DNA from: Bacteroidetes bacterium 4572_117
Lineage (GTDB): Bacteria; Bacteroidota; Bacteroidia; Bacteroidales; NBLH01
Direction: 5' to 3'
Length of the DNA stretch: 37,799 nt
Assembly: GCA_002084525.1 (NCBI GenBank)
Contig: NBLH01000001.1
Span: forward strand, 1-37,799
Positions 8,325 through 16,763 of this stretch are shown one piece after another. The position numbers and the translations under genes were made by a program. The notes under the pieces were generated by a model. It ran no database searches. It was not told where the DNA came from and saw only the letters and a program-made list of their open reading frames with translations. Each line of letters starts with the position of its first letter. Within the stretch, counting starts at the first letter, position 1.

Positions 8325-10103
8325 ATGATAAAAATTTCTAAACTAAAGATAATAATTAACACTGTGTTTTTATTTTCTTTTTTCATGTTAACTGCTCAAA
8401 ATCAGAGCGATACACTAAGCTTAATAACCTCAGCAAAATGGAAGCCTATTTCAATAATTAACACAGCCGGCGACACACTAATAACTATTGATAGTACCGA
8501 TTATTTAAGCTTAAATAAAGAAAAAGAATTTAAATACGAGTTAAAAACAAAACAAATGCAAGCTTCAGGAAACTGGGAGCTAAAGGGTAAGGAATTATTT
8601 TTTTATTTAAATCCGCAGGTAGGGCAAACAAATATAGATTCAATCACAGAACAAAATATTGACAGTGCTTCACTAACCAGGATTTATACAATCATAAAAT
8701 GCACAAACGACTCTTTAATACTTGTAGAAAAGGGTATCACTTTTTCATTCTTAAATAAAACAAAAATAGTATCAAAAAAAGTGGTTTCACTAGAATCAGC
8801 AGGATTTAGTATGAACAGCCTTTTCAGGGGGATACTTGGTATGCTGGTATTAATATTTATTGCATGGATATTTAGTACAAACAGAAGTGCCATTTCGTGG
8901 AAAGTTGTCCTAACAGGTTTGGCTATACAGCTTATATTGGCTTTTGGTGTATTAACCGTTCCCCCAATTCAGCAATTTTTCGAGTTTATTGGTAAAATAT
9001 TCGTGCTGATTCTCGATTTCACCATGGAAGGGACAAAATTCCTTTTCAAATCATTTATCAGTGGCGAAATTGAACAACCTTTAATTAATTTTGCAATTAC
9101 TATATTACCAACAATAATATTTTTCTCTGCCTTAACAAGTGTCCTTTTTTACTATGGTATTATTCAAAAAATAGTTTACGGAATGGCATGGATAATGACA
9201 AAAATACTAAAACTGTCTGGTGCTGAGAGCCTTTCAGTGGCAGGAAATATTTTTCTGGGGCAAACAGAATCGCCATTAATGATTAAGGCCTACCTCGAAA
9301 AAATGAACAAATCTGAAATATTGCTTGTAATGGCAGGTGGTATGGCTACTTTGGCAGGAGGTGTACTAGCTGTTTATATTGGTGTACTTGGCGGCAGCGA
9401 TCCCGTACAACGGCTTATTTTTGCAAAGCACCTTTTGGCAGCATCGGTTATGGCAGCTCCCGGGGTAATTGTAATTTCAAAAATTTTGGTGCCGCAAACC
9501 GAAAAAATTGATACCGATGTTAAAATAAGTAGCGATAAAATAGGTAAAAACGTACTTGATGCCATTGCAAACGGAACAAGCGAAGGCTTAAAACTAGCTG
9601 TAAATGTTGCCGCAATGCTTTTGGTATTTATTTCGTTTATTGCCTTATTTAACTTCGTTTTCATAAAAATCGGTAATTGGACATCGCTAAACGCAGTAAT
9701 TTCAAATTTTACCGATGGGCAGTACAATGAACTTTCGTTACAATTTATTTTAGGATATACCTTTGCCCCGCTTATGTGGCTGATTGGTGTATCGGGCGAA
9801 GATATTACTTTGGTAGGAAGGGTGCTTGGCGAAAAACTAATCCTGACTGAATTTATAGGATATGTGAGCCTTGGCGATTTAAAATCAGCAGGTGCCTTTG
9901 CCGAGCAAAAATCAATTATTATGGCAACATACATGCTTTGTGGATTTGCTAATTTTGCCTCAATAGGTATACAAATTGGTGGAATTGGCTCGCTTGCACC
10001 AGGAAAAAGGGTTTTGCTTTCGCAATTTGGTTTGCGTGCATTACTTGCCGGAACATTAGCGTCGTTAATGTCGGCTACTATTGTAGGTATGATATTAGGG
10101 TGA
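8325..10103 (+). CDS. nupC: Concentrative Na+/H+ nucleoside transporter (CNT, NupC family) with N-terminal exported domain
   Basis: NIFLGQTESPL, GGMATLAGGV, LCGFANFASIGIQIGG; about 160-aa N-terminal extension with signal peptide. Confidence 0.9.
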   Translation: MIKISKLKIIINTVFLFSFFMLTAQNQSDTLSLITSAKWKPISIINTAGDTLITIDSTDYLSLNKEKEFKYELKTKQMQASGNWELKGKELFFYLNPQVGQTNIDSITEQNIDSASLTRIYTIIKCTNDSLILVEKGITFSFLNKTKIVSKKVVSLESAGFSMNSLFRGILGMLVLIFIAWIFSTNRSAISWKVVLTGLAIQLILAFGVLTVPPIQQFFEFIGKIFVLILDFTMEGTKFLFKSFISGEIEQPLINFAITILPTIIFFSALTSVLFYYGIIQKIVYGMAWIMTKILKLSGAESLSVAGNIFLGQTESPLMIKAYLEKMNKSEILLVMAGGMATLAGGVLAVYIGVLGGSDPVQRLIFAKHLLAASVMAAPGVIVISKILVPQTEKIDTDVKISSDKIGKNVLDAIANGTSEGLKLAVNVAAMLLVFISFIALFNFVFIKIGNWTSLNAVISNFTDGQYNELSLQFILGYTFAPLMWLIGVSGEDITLVGRVLGEKLILTEFIGYVSLGDLKSAGAFAEQKSIIMATYMLCGFANFASIGIQIGGIGSLAPGKRVLLSQFGLRALLAGTLASLMSATIVGMILG

Positions 10104-10143
10104 ACAAATCTTAGATTTTAGGAATTAGATTTCAAATTTAATA

Positions 10144-10791
10144 ATGCAGGATACATATAAACACAAAGGGCAAAGAAAAAAGCTTACCGGGGAGCTAAAA
10201 AAAAAGGGGATTGATGATGAAAGGGTTTTGGCTGCCATTTTAAAAATACCACGCCATTTTTTTATGGATATCGGTTTTGATAAATTGGCTTACCAAAATA
10301 AAGCTTTCCCTATTGGTGCAGGGCAAACAATATCGCAACCATATACCGTAGCTTTTCAAACACAGTTGCTAAATATAAAAAAAGGCGACAAAGTGCTTGA
10401 AATTGGTACAGGTTCGGGTTATCAAACTGCTGTGTTACTAGAATTAGGGGCCAGGGTATATACAATTGAAAGACAAAAAGAGCTATTTCAAAAATCACGG
10501 GTATTATTGGCATCTTTAAATTACGAAGCCCATTTTTTTTACGGCGATGGCTATAAAGGGAAACCAACCTACGGACCTTACGATAAAATAATTGTAACTG
10601 CGGGCGCACCATACATCCCCGAAGATTTGAAAGGGCAACTTAAAGTTGGGGGTATTTTGGTAATCCCGGTTGGTGATTCTGAAAAGCAATTAATGTATTC
10701 AGTAATAAGGGTGTCGAAAACAGAATTTAGAAAAACTGAGCTGGGCAACTTTATGTTTGTGCCAATGCTTGAAGGAAAAACAAATAATTAA
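10144..10791 (+). CDS. pcm: Protein-L-isoaspartate O-methyltransferase
   Basis: GQTISQPYTVA, VLEIGTGSGYQ, PYDKIIVTAGA, FVPM. Confidence 0.97.
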   Translation: MQDTYKHKGQRKKLTGELKKKGIDDERVLAAILKIPRHFFMDIGFDKLAYQNKAFPIGAGQTISQPYTVAFQTQLLNIKKGDKVLEIGTGSGYQTAVLLELGARVYTIERQKELFQKSRVLLASLNYEAHFFYGDGYKGKPTYGPYDKIIVTAGAPYIPEDLKGQLKVGGILVIPVGDSEKQLMYSVIRVSKTEFRKTELGNFMFVPMLEGKTNN

Positions 10792-10797
10792 TAATAA

Positions 10798-10863
10798 ATT
10801 GCTATACTGTTATATGGTTAAGGAAATTTAAACAACAGTATAACAATACAGCAATAAAACAAT
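10798..10863. repeat. Inverted array of 8-nt periodic repeats (ATTGYTAW / WTARCAAT)
   Basis: ATTGCTAT-ACTGTTAT-ATGGTTAA ... AACAGTAT-AACAATAC-AGCAATAA-AACAAT; related arrays at ~5301-5328, ~27947-27992 and ~33328-33388. Confidence 0.65.
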
Positions 10864-10871
10864 ATACTAAT

Positions 10872-11510
10872 ATGATAAAAATTAAAACATTTGTATTTAA
10901 CCCTTTCCAAGAGAACACCTATCTATTATACGACGAAACCGGCGAAGCTGTTATTATTGACCCGGGATGCTATGCAAAATCGGAAGAAGAAAGTTTGCTA
11001 AGCTTCATCAAAGAAAACAATATTAAGCTGAAACATCTTTTAAATACGCATTCGCATATTGACCATATTCTTGGTAATCAATTTGTTGCAAAACAATTCA
11101 AACTAAGTTTACAATCGCACAAAGCCGATGTGCCATTAATAGAACGGGCAAAAGACCAAGGTGCTGTTTTTGGCATAAAAACAGATAAACCGCCCATGCC
11201 TGGAAAATATTTGGATGAAGGCATGCAAATTCAATTTGGGAATTCTGTTTTAGATATAATACATGCGCCCGGTCACTCACCTGGAAGCTTGGTGTTTTAT
11301 AATACAAAAGAAAAATTTATGGTTGTTGGCGATGTTTTATTTAACGAGGGCATTGGCCGTACCGATTTACCCGGTGGAAACTATGATGTTTTAATCGACA
11401 GCATCAAAAACAAACTATTCCCCTTAGGTGACGACATGGAAGTGTACTCAGGGCATGGTTCTACAACAACAATTGGGCACGAACGGATATCGAACCCGTT
11501 TTTAAGCTAA
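10872..11510 (+). CDS. MBL-fold metallo-hydrolase (glyoxalase II/YcbL-like)
   Basis: NPFQENTY, THSHIDH, PGHSPG, GDVLF..GIGRTDLPGG, GHG..TTIG.E...NPF. Confidence 0.93.
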   Translation: MIKIKTFVFNPFQENTYLLYDETGEAVIIDPGCYAKSEEESLLSFIKENNIKLKHLLNTHSHIDHILGNQFVAKQFKLSLQSHKADVPLIERAKDQGAVFGIKTDKPPMPGKYLDEGMQIQFGNSVLDIIHAPGHSPGSLVFYNTKEKFMVVGDVLFNEGIGRTDLPGGNYDVLIDSIKNKLFPLGDDMEVYSGHGSTTTIGHERISNPFLS

Positions 11511-12793
11511 TCATTATAATCAACATAGTAATAACCGCCATTACCTCCAATATTGTTGGTTATATTTAGCATCAGTGCATTATTTTCATTCATTGTGTTT
11601 TGCATTGTATTAAAAATCTGATTGTTAACAGCCATGTTTTTTTGTTTATATTTTAGGTATTGCTTTAAAGTCATACCTTTTGTTGCTGCTTCTTTTTTAT
11701 ATTTGCCTTTAATTTCATTAATGTTTATTTCAGTCTGTTTGTTTGTATTATTCCAAAATTTTTGAACCTCGTGCTGTGAACCGCCTTTATTGTTTTGTAC
11801 ATTTAATTGATTTTGTACCCCATTAAGATATTCTTTCTGTTGGCTAACATTTAATTTCGACCATTGTTTGCTAATAACATTCCATAAAAAATATGCATAA
11901 GCTAATGTTTTTTTCTGCTCAAGTGGGTAAGTTGTAAAATTATTTACTATTTGCATTTGCAGTATTGCCCTGTTTTGTTTTGTAATTTCATATTGCCTGC
12001 CCATTATCATGTTTTGAAATTGCAAATACTTAACATAAGCATCAACATCTTGGTTACTAATAGATAAATTAGTAGAGGCGTCGTGCTTTAAAACTTGTAT
12101 ATAAGAATTTAAGATTTTTATGAACACACTATTTTTTAAGTCTGGTTGTTTTTTAGTTGTCAAATAAATAATGTTAAATAATTCTTCCCTTACCATAGCA
12201 ATTGCCTCAGGCCTATTTAACAAGTATATTTTTTTTAGGCTTGCCTCAACATCTTTAACATCGGCAAATAATAGTTTTGGGCTATCCTTAAAGTCTGACA
12301 GGTTGCTTTGGCGGATTTTATTTACTTCGGCTAATGTGATTTTTTGCCCCACAAGCAACTCCAAAAAGTTGACATATATCTGCGTTTGCGATTCTTTCCA
12401 CTGCAAGTTGTTTCGCGTTGCTATTATTTTGTTGTATTTATTTTGTTGCCACGGATAATTTTTATTGCCAATGGTTTTGCCTGTATTTATATGTCTTTCG
12501 TAATTGTAAACTGCACCATTTTGATTTGACAACACAAGCCTGTTTTCCGTAAATACCTGAATATCAAACCGATAATGATTGCCGTTTAAATCTTGCATAA
12601 GGAATATGTTGTTTTGTATACTATATTTGCCCTGAAATTGCCCATCTTGCCCAATATATTTGAAGAAACCATCGGCAGTTAAAACCATTTGTGCATTAAT
12701 TCTTTTTTCAACCCACGTACCCGCTATTTGTGAGTGTATATTTGATGAGCTAAACATACTTAAAATTATTAAAATTATTACAAATCCTTTCAT
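11507..12793 (-). CDS. Secreted hypothetical protein (N-terminal IAGTW beta domain plus helical Q/N-rich domain)
   Basis: 428-aa ORF with signal peptide; its stop overlaps the MBL gene stop by 4 nt. Confidence 0.75.
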   Translation of the reverse strand: MKGFVIILIILSMFSSSNIHSQIAGTWVEKRINAQMVLTADGFFKYIGQDGQFQGKYSIQNNIFLMQDLNGNHYRFDIQVFTENRLVLSNQNGAVYNYERHINTGKTIGNKNYPWQQNKYNKIIATRNNLQWKESQTQIYVNFLELLVGQKITLAEVNKIRQSNLSDFKDSPKLLFADVKDVEASLKKIYLLNRPEAIAMVREELFNIIYLTTKKQPDLKNSVFIKILNSYIQVLKHDASTNLSISNQDVDAYVKYLQFQNMIMGRQYEITKQNRAILQMQIVNNFTTYPLEQKKTLAYAYFLWNVISKQWSKLNVSQQKEYLNGVQNQLNVQNNKGGSQHEVQKFWNNTNKQTEININEIKGKYKKEAATKGMTLKQYLKYKQKNMAVNNQIFNTMQNTMNENNALMLNITNNIGGNGGYYYVDYND

Positions 12794-12907
12794 GTGTTTA
12801 TTTTTTAATTGCTTTCATTTGCCACTACCTGTCCCGCCTTAGCGGGATGGAACATTCATAATAGTCATCCCCTTGGGTGGCAATGCCTTTGCAATGAATG
12901 TTTCATG
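12788..12907 (-). repeat. Structured ~120-bp leader/repeat element, copy A
   Basis: Colinear with 15426-15544; stems ATTGC/GCAAT, TTGCCAC/GTGGCAA and TCCCGC-TAAG-GCGGGA; ends in the ATG of ORF 11507..12793. Confidence 0.8.
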
Positions 12908-13092
12908 TTTTCAAGCTTTATATTTACTATTTTATTTGTGCATGTTCATAATTTGGTGTAAGTCCCTGTAAATAAAAACACCTACATTTTTTATTATTAA
13001 CATACAAAATTAAAATCATGTGCAAAATAGTTAAATAATTAAATTGCAGAGTTAAAATTTGTTAAATACTTAATATATAACATTCAATATAG

Positions 13093-13100
13093 TATTTTTG
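13093..13100 (+). promoter_or_regulatory. sigmaA -7 element upstream of the histidine kinase
   Basis: TATTTTTG followed by C. Confidence 0.5.
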
Positions 13101-13174
13101 CTACGGGGAGTATAAAATCTTGTTTATATTTTAACAGATTAACATTTAGGAAACTAAATAAAAATACCTAGCAC

Positions 13175-14704
13175 GTGAAAAAAAAATACATTTGGTTTTT
13201 AATTAGTTTAATGTCAGTTGCTTTGATTGGTTTAATCGTGATGCAATACCTTTGGATAAAATCAGCAATAATAATAAAAGAGAAAAGGTTCGATTTTTTA
13301 GTTGAAAAAAGTTTATCTGAAATAGTTGATAAAATAGCAGAACACGAAACGGTACTTAATATACAAAAAGAAACAGTTTCTATTAACCAAAGCGGCGAAA
13401 TCTCACATTTTTCTGATGACAATGAAAATAAATTGTTTGATAGTGCAACACAAAAGCTCACAAAACCTCTTATGGTAATTTCTCAAGACTCGTTATTTTT
13501 CAAACTAAAAAATGAAAGCGAGACTGATGATTCAAGCGAGCAAAAATTATACACAAAAGAAGAATTAAGGACAAAATTGGTAAACAATATCGAAAACAAA
13601 ACTATTTTTGTTGAAAATATAGTAAACAAATTAATCCGTAAAGAAATCAATATTGAAGACCGGATTGATAAAAAAACACTCGAAAAAATTGTCAATTCTG
13701 CATTTGATAACAATAACATTGAAACAGAATATGAATATGCAGTTGTAAAAGAAAGCGACAACCATTATTTTAAATCAACTGGTTTTAACCTTAGTAAAAA
13801 TCCTCATACATATCAAAAAGCTCTGTTCCCAAATGATATTTTAGCAAATAAAATAGTTTCAAACTCATATGTCCTTATTTTATACTTCCATAAAGATAAG
13901 GCTATATTAAACCCATTACCTTCTGTAGCGCTTACATCAGCATTATTAACTTTAATAATAATTGGTATTTTTGTTCTTACTATCTATATCATTTTCAGAC
14001 AAAAACAGCTTTCAGAAATAAAAAATGATTTTATCAATAACATGACGCATGAGCTTAAAACCCCGATATCAACAATTTCACTAGCATCGCAAATGTTAAA
14101 AGATAATAGCATACCTATAGAGTCAAAAGACTTTGGCCAGATATCAGAAATTATAGAAAATGAAAGCAAACGGCTTGGTTTCCATGTTGAAAAAGTTCTG
14201 CAAATGGCTATAATTGACAGGGGGGGGATAGAGCTGAAACGTAAAAAATTAAACATCCACAGTTTGCTTAACCACATATTAATAAATGCAAACCTAAAAA
14301 TAAAAGATCGTAACGGTATTCTAGCAAATGAATTTGAAGCTACTGATATTGAAATATTTGCCGATGAATTACATATTTCAAACGTATTTGGAAACCTACT
14401 TGATAATGCTATAAAATATTGCAAAAACATACCTGAGATCGAAGTTAATACCAAAAACCTTAACGGCCACGTTATTATTTCTATCAAAGATAATGGGATT
14501 GGTATAAAGAAAGAAAACCAGAAAAAAATATTTGAAAAATTTTACCGCGTACCAACCGGGAATTTGCACGATGTTAAAGGTTTTGGATTAGGCCTTAGTT
14601 ATGTGAAAAAAATAATAGAGGAACATAAAGGCTATATCAAATTAGACAGTGAAAGAGGAAAAGGTTCAAAATTCGATGTATTTTTACCTGTTTCTAAATC
14701 ATAA
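13175..14704 (+). CDS. Membrane sensor histidine kinase (RprX-like)
   Basis: Two TM helices around a periplasmic domain; H-box NNMTHELKTP, N-box NLLDNAIKY, DNGIG, FEKFYRV, GFGLGL; GTG start. Confidence 0.95.
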   Translation: MKKKYIWFLISLMSVALIGLIVMQYLWIKSAIIIKEKRFDFLVEKSLSEIVDKIAEHETVLNIQKETVSINQSGEISHFSDDNENKLFDSATQKLTKPLMVISQDSLFFKLKNESETDDSSEQKLYTKEELRTKLVNNIENKTIFVENIVNKLIRKEINIEDRIDKKTLEKIVNSAFDNNNIETEYEYAVVKESDNHYFKSTGFNLSKNPHTYQKALFPNDILANKIVSNSYVLILYFHKDKAILNPLPSVALTSALLTLIIIGIFVLTIYIIFRQKQLSEIKNDFINNMTHELKTPISTISLASQMLKDNSIPIESKDFGQISEIIENESKRLGFHVEKVLQMAIIDRGGIELKRKKLNIHSLLNHILINANLKIKDRNGILANEFEATDIEIFADELHISNVFGNLLDNAIKYCKNIPEIEVNTKNLNGHVIISIKDNGIGIKKENQKKIFEKFYRVPTGNLHDVKGFGLGLSYVKKIIEEHKGYIKLDSERGKGSKFDVFLPVSKS

Positions 14705-14727
14705 TACCATAAAACCCCACCAATATT

Positions 14728-15366
14728 ATGGAGCTTAGCCCTGAAATTGACGAATACATAATAAAAAATTTAGTCCCAGAAAATGCACTTTTAGCAGAAA
14801 TTAATAGGGAAACACATGCCAAAGTACTAATGCCTAGGATGCTTTCTGGACAATTACAAGGTAGGATACTATCCATGATAAGCAACATGCTTAAACCTAA
14901 ATTAATTTTAGAAATAGGTACATATACCGGCTATTCTGCCCTTTGCCTAGCTGAAGGCTTAAGTGCTGATGGTAAGCTACATACAATTGAAATTAATGAC
15001 GAGTTGGAAACTTTTGTTTTAAAATATTTCGAGCAATCAGAATATAAAAACCACTTACACCTTCATATAGGCGATGCCTTAGAAATTATTCAAAAACTAC
15101 CCAATAATATTGATTTAGTTTTTATTGATGCAGATAAGAGGATTTATTTAGATTATTACCACTTGATAATCGATAAATTAAGACCCGGTGGCATTATTCT
15201 GGCCGACAATGTTTTATGGGGTAATAAAGTAGTTACGCCCCTAGCAGGAAATGATGAATATACAAAAGGCATATTGGCATTTAATGATTTTGTTAAAACC
15301 GACAATAGGGTTGAAAACGTGATTTTACCCGTTAGGGATGGAATTATGATGTTGAGGAAACTTTAA
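14728..15366 (+). CDS. SAM-dependent O-methyltransferase (Methyltransf_3, YrrM/TrmR-like)
   Basis: RMLSGQLQG, LEIGTYTGYS, DLVFIDADK, ADNVLW, PVRDG. Confidence 0.92.
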   Translation: MELSPEIDEYIIKNLVPENALLAEINRETHAKVLMPRMLSGQLQGRILSMISNMLKPKLILEIGTYTGYSALCLAEGLSADGKLHTIEINDELETFVLKYFEQSEYKNHLHLHIGDALEIIQKLPNNIDLVFIDADKRIYLDYYHLIIDKLRPGGIILADNVLWGNKVVTPLAGNDEYTKGILAFNDFVKTDNRVENVILPVRDGIMMLRKL

Positions 15367-15425
15367 GGAATGATTAGGGAATGAGTTATAATAGTTAGCG
15401 TTATTCAAAAATAATAAAATAAATG

Positions 15426-15544
15426 CATAAAACATCAATTGTAAAGGCTTTGCCACTCGAGGTAATGACTATTATGGAAGCACCATTCCACTTGGGTGGA
15501 ACAGGTAGTGGTAAATAAAAACAATTAAAAATAGGCACATGAAA
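15426..15544 (+). repeat. Structured ~120-bp leader/repeat element, copy B
   Basis: Homologous to the reverse complement of 12788-12907; stems ATTGT/ACAAT, TTGCCAC/GTGGTAA and TTCCAC-TTGG-GTGGAA; ends CACATGAAA, followed by only a 14-aa ORF. Confidence 0.8.
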
Positions 15545-15652
15545 TTTGAGAAATTTTTAAATGGTATTAGAGTTGGGAAATAGTATATTTGACAAGTGAT
15601 TTATTTGTCGTGTTATATAATGCGAAATTGGTTGACAGTAGCGATTAAACAG

Positions 15653-15678
15653 AATTCTCCAACTGCTGTTGGAGAATT
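15653..15678. repeat. Perfect 11-bp hairpin upstream of the yhcG-like gene
   Basis: AATTCTCCAAC-TGCT-GTTGGAGAATT, 11 nt before ATG 15690. Confidence 0.75.
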
Positions 15679-15689
15679 AAAAACAATAT

Positions 15690-16741
15690 ATGAAACCACA
15701 AGAAACACAAAATTACAAAGTTTTTTTCAACGAAATTATTGCAACTATTGAGCAAGCAAGATACGATGCTTTTAAATCGATGAATTATAGCCAAATAAAT
15801 CAAAATTTCACATTAGGTAAAATTATTATTGAGCGTCAAAAAGAATTTGGTTGGGGAAAGTCAATAGTGGAAAGATTGTCAAAAGATTTGAAAAAAATAA
15901 TTGATGGCGAAAAGGTTATTCATCTCAAAATCTTTGGAATATGCGACAGTTTTATTTGGAGTATAAGGACAAGGAGAATTTATTTGAATTGAGTTTATCC
16001 GTTCCATGGAGCCATAATATTCTAATAATTCAAAAAATAAAAGATGACAAACAACGTGAATATTATTTGAAAGCAACAGAAGAAATGGCATGGAGTAGAG
16101 CCGTTTTGTTAAATCAAATAAAGGCAAATGCTTATGAATATCAAAAAAAATTACCTAAACAAAGTAATTACAAAAGAGCTTTACCGGAACATTTATCAGA
16201 ACAAGCAAATGAAGCTTTAAAAAGTGGATATAATCTTGATTTTCTTGGAATTGTAAAACCAATAAAGGAACGAGAATTAGAGAATTTATTAATAAGTCAA
16301 ATAAAAGATTTCTTACTTGAACTTGGATACGGGTTTTGTTTTATCGGCAATCAATATAAAATAACACTTAACACAAAAGAATATTTCGTTGATTTACTTT
16401 TTTATCACAGAATATTAAAATGCCTTGTAGTAATTGAACTTAAAACGGTTGAATTTGACCCAATTTTTGCAGGAAAAATGGATATTTATTTAGCACTTGT
16501 AGATGAACAATTAAAACAAGAAGATGATAATCCATCAATAGGTATAATTCTTTGTCCGACAAAAGACAAAAGCGAAGTTGAATTTGCGTTAAATATTTTT
16601 CACAAACCAATAGGCGTAGCCGAATACAAATTAACAAAAGAATTACCCGAAAAACTAAAAGGAAAATTACCAACAGCAAAAGAGTTAAGTAACAAAATAT
16701 TCGATAAAGATAACGAACTGAAAAACAAACGCCACAATTAG
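15690..16741 (+). pseudogene. YhcG/DUF1016 PD-(D/E)XK nuclease family gene split by a 1-nt frameshift
   Basis: ORF1 ends ...GWGKSIVERLSKDLKKIIDGEK and continues in the -1 frame as GYSSQNLWNMRQFY...PWSHN...DLLFYHR..CLVVIELK...DNPSIGIILC; shift at the A4 run 15910-15913. Confidence 0.85.
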
Positions 16742-16763
16742 TCGTGTCCGTTAGGCAAAGTTC

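Noticed and set aside
12788-12907. c-di-GMP-I or other known riboswitch call for the structured element
   Set aside because: It contains AGGUAG but lacks the GNRA tetraloop/receptor and P1-P2 layout; no known class could be matched by eye
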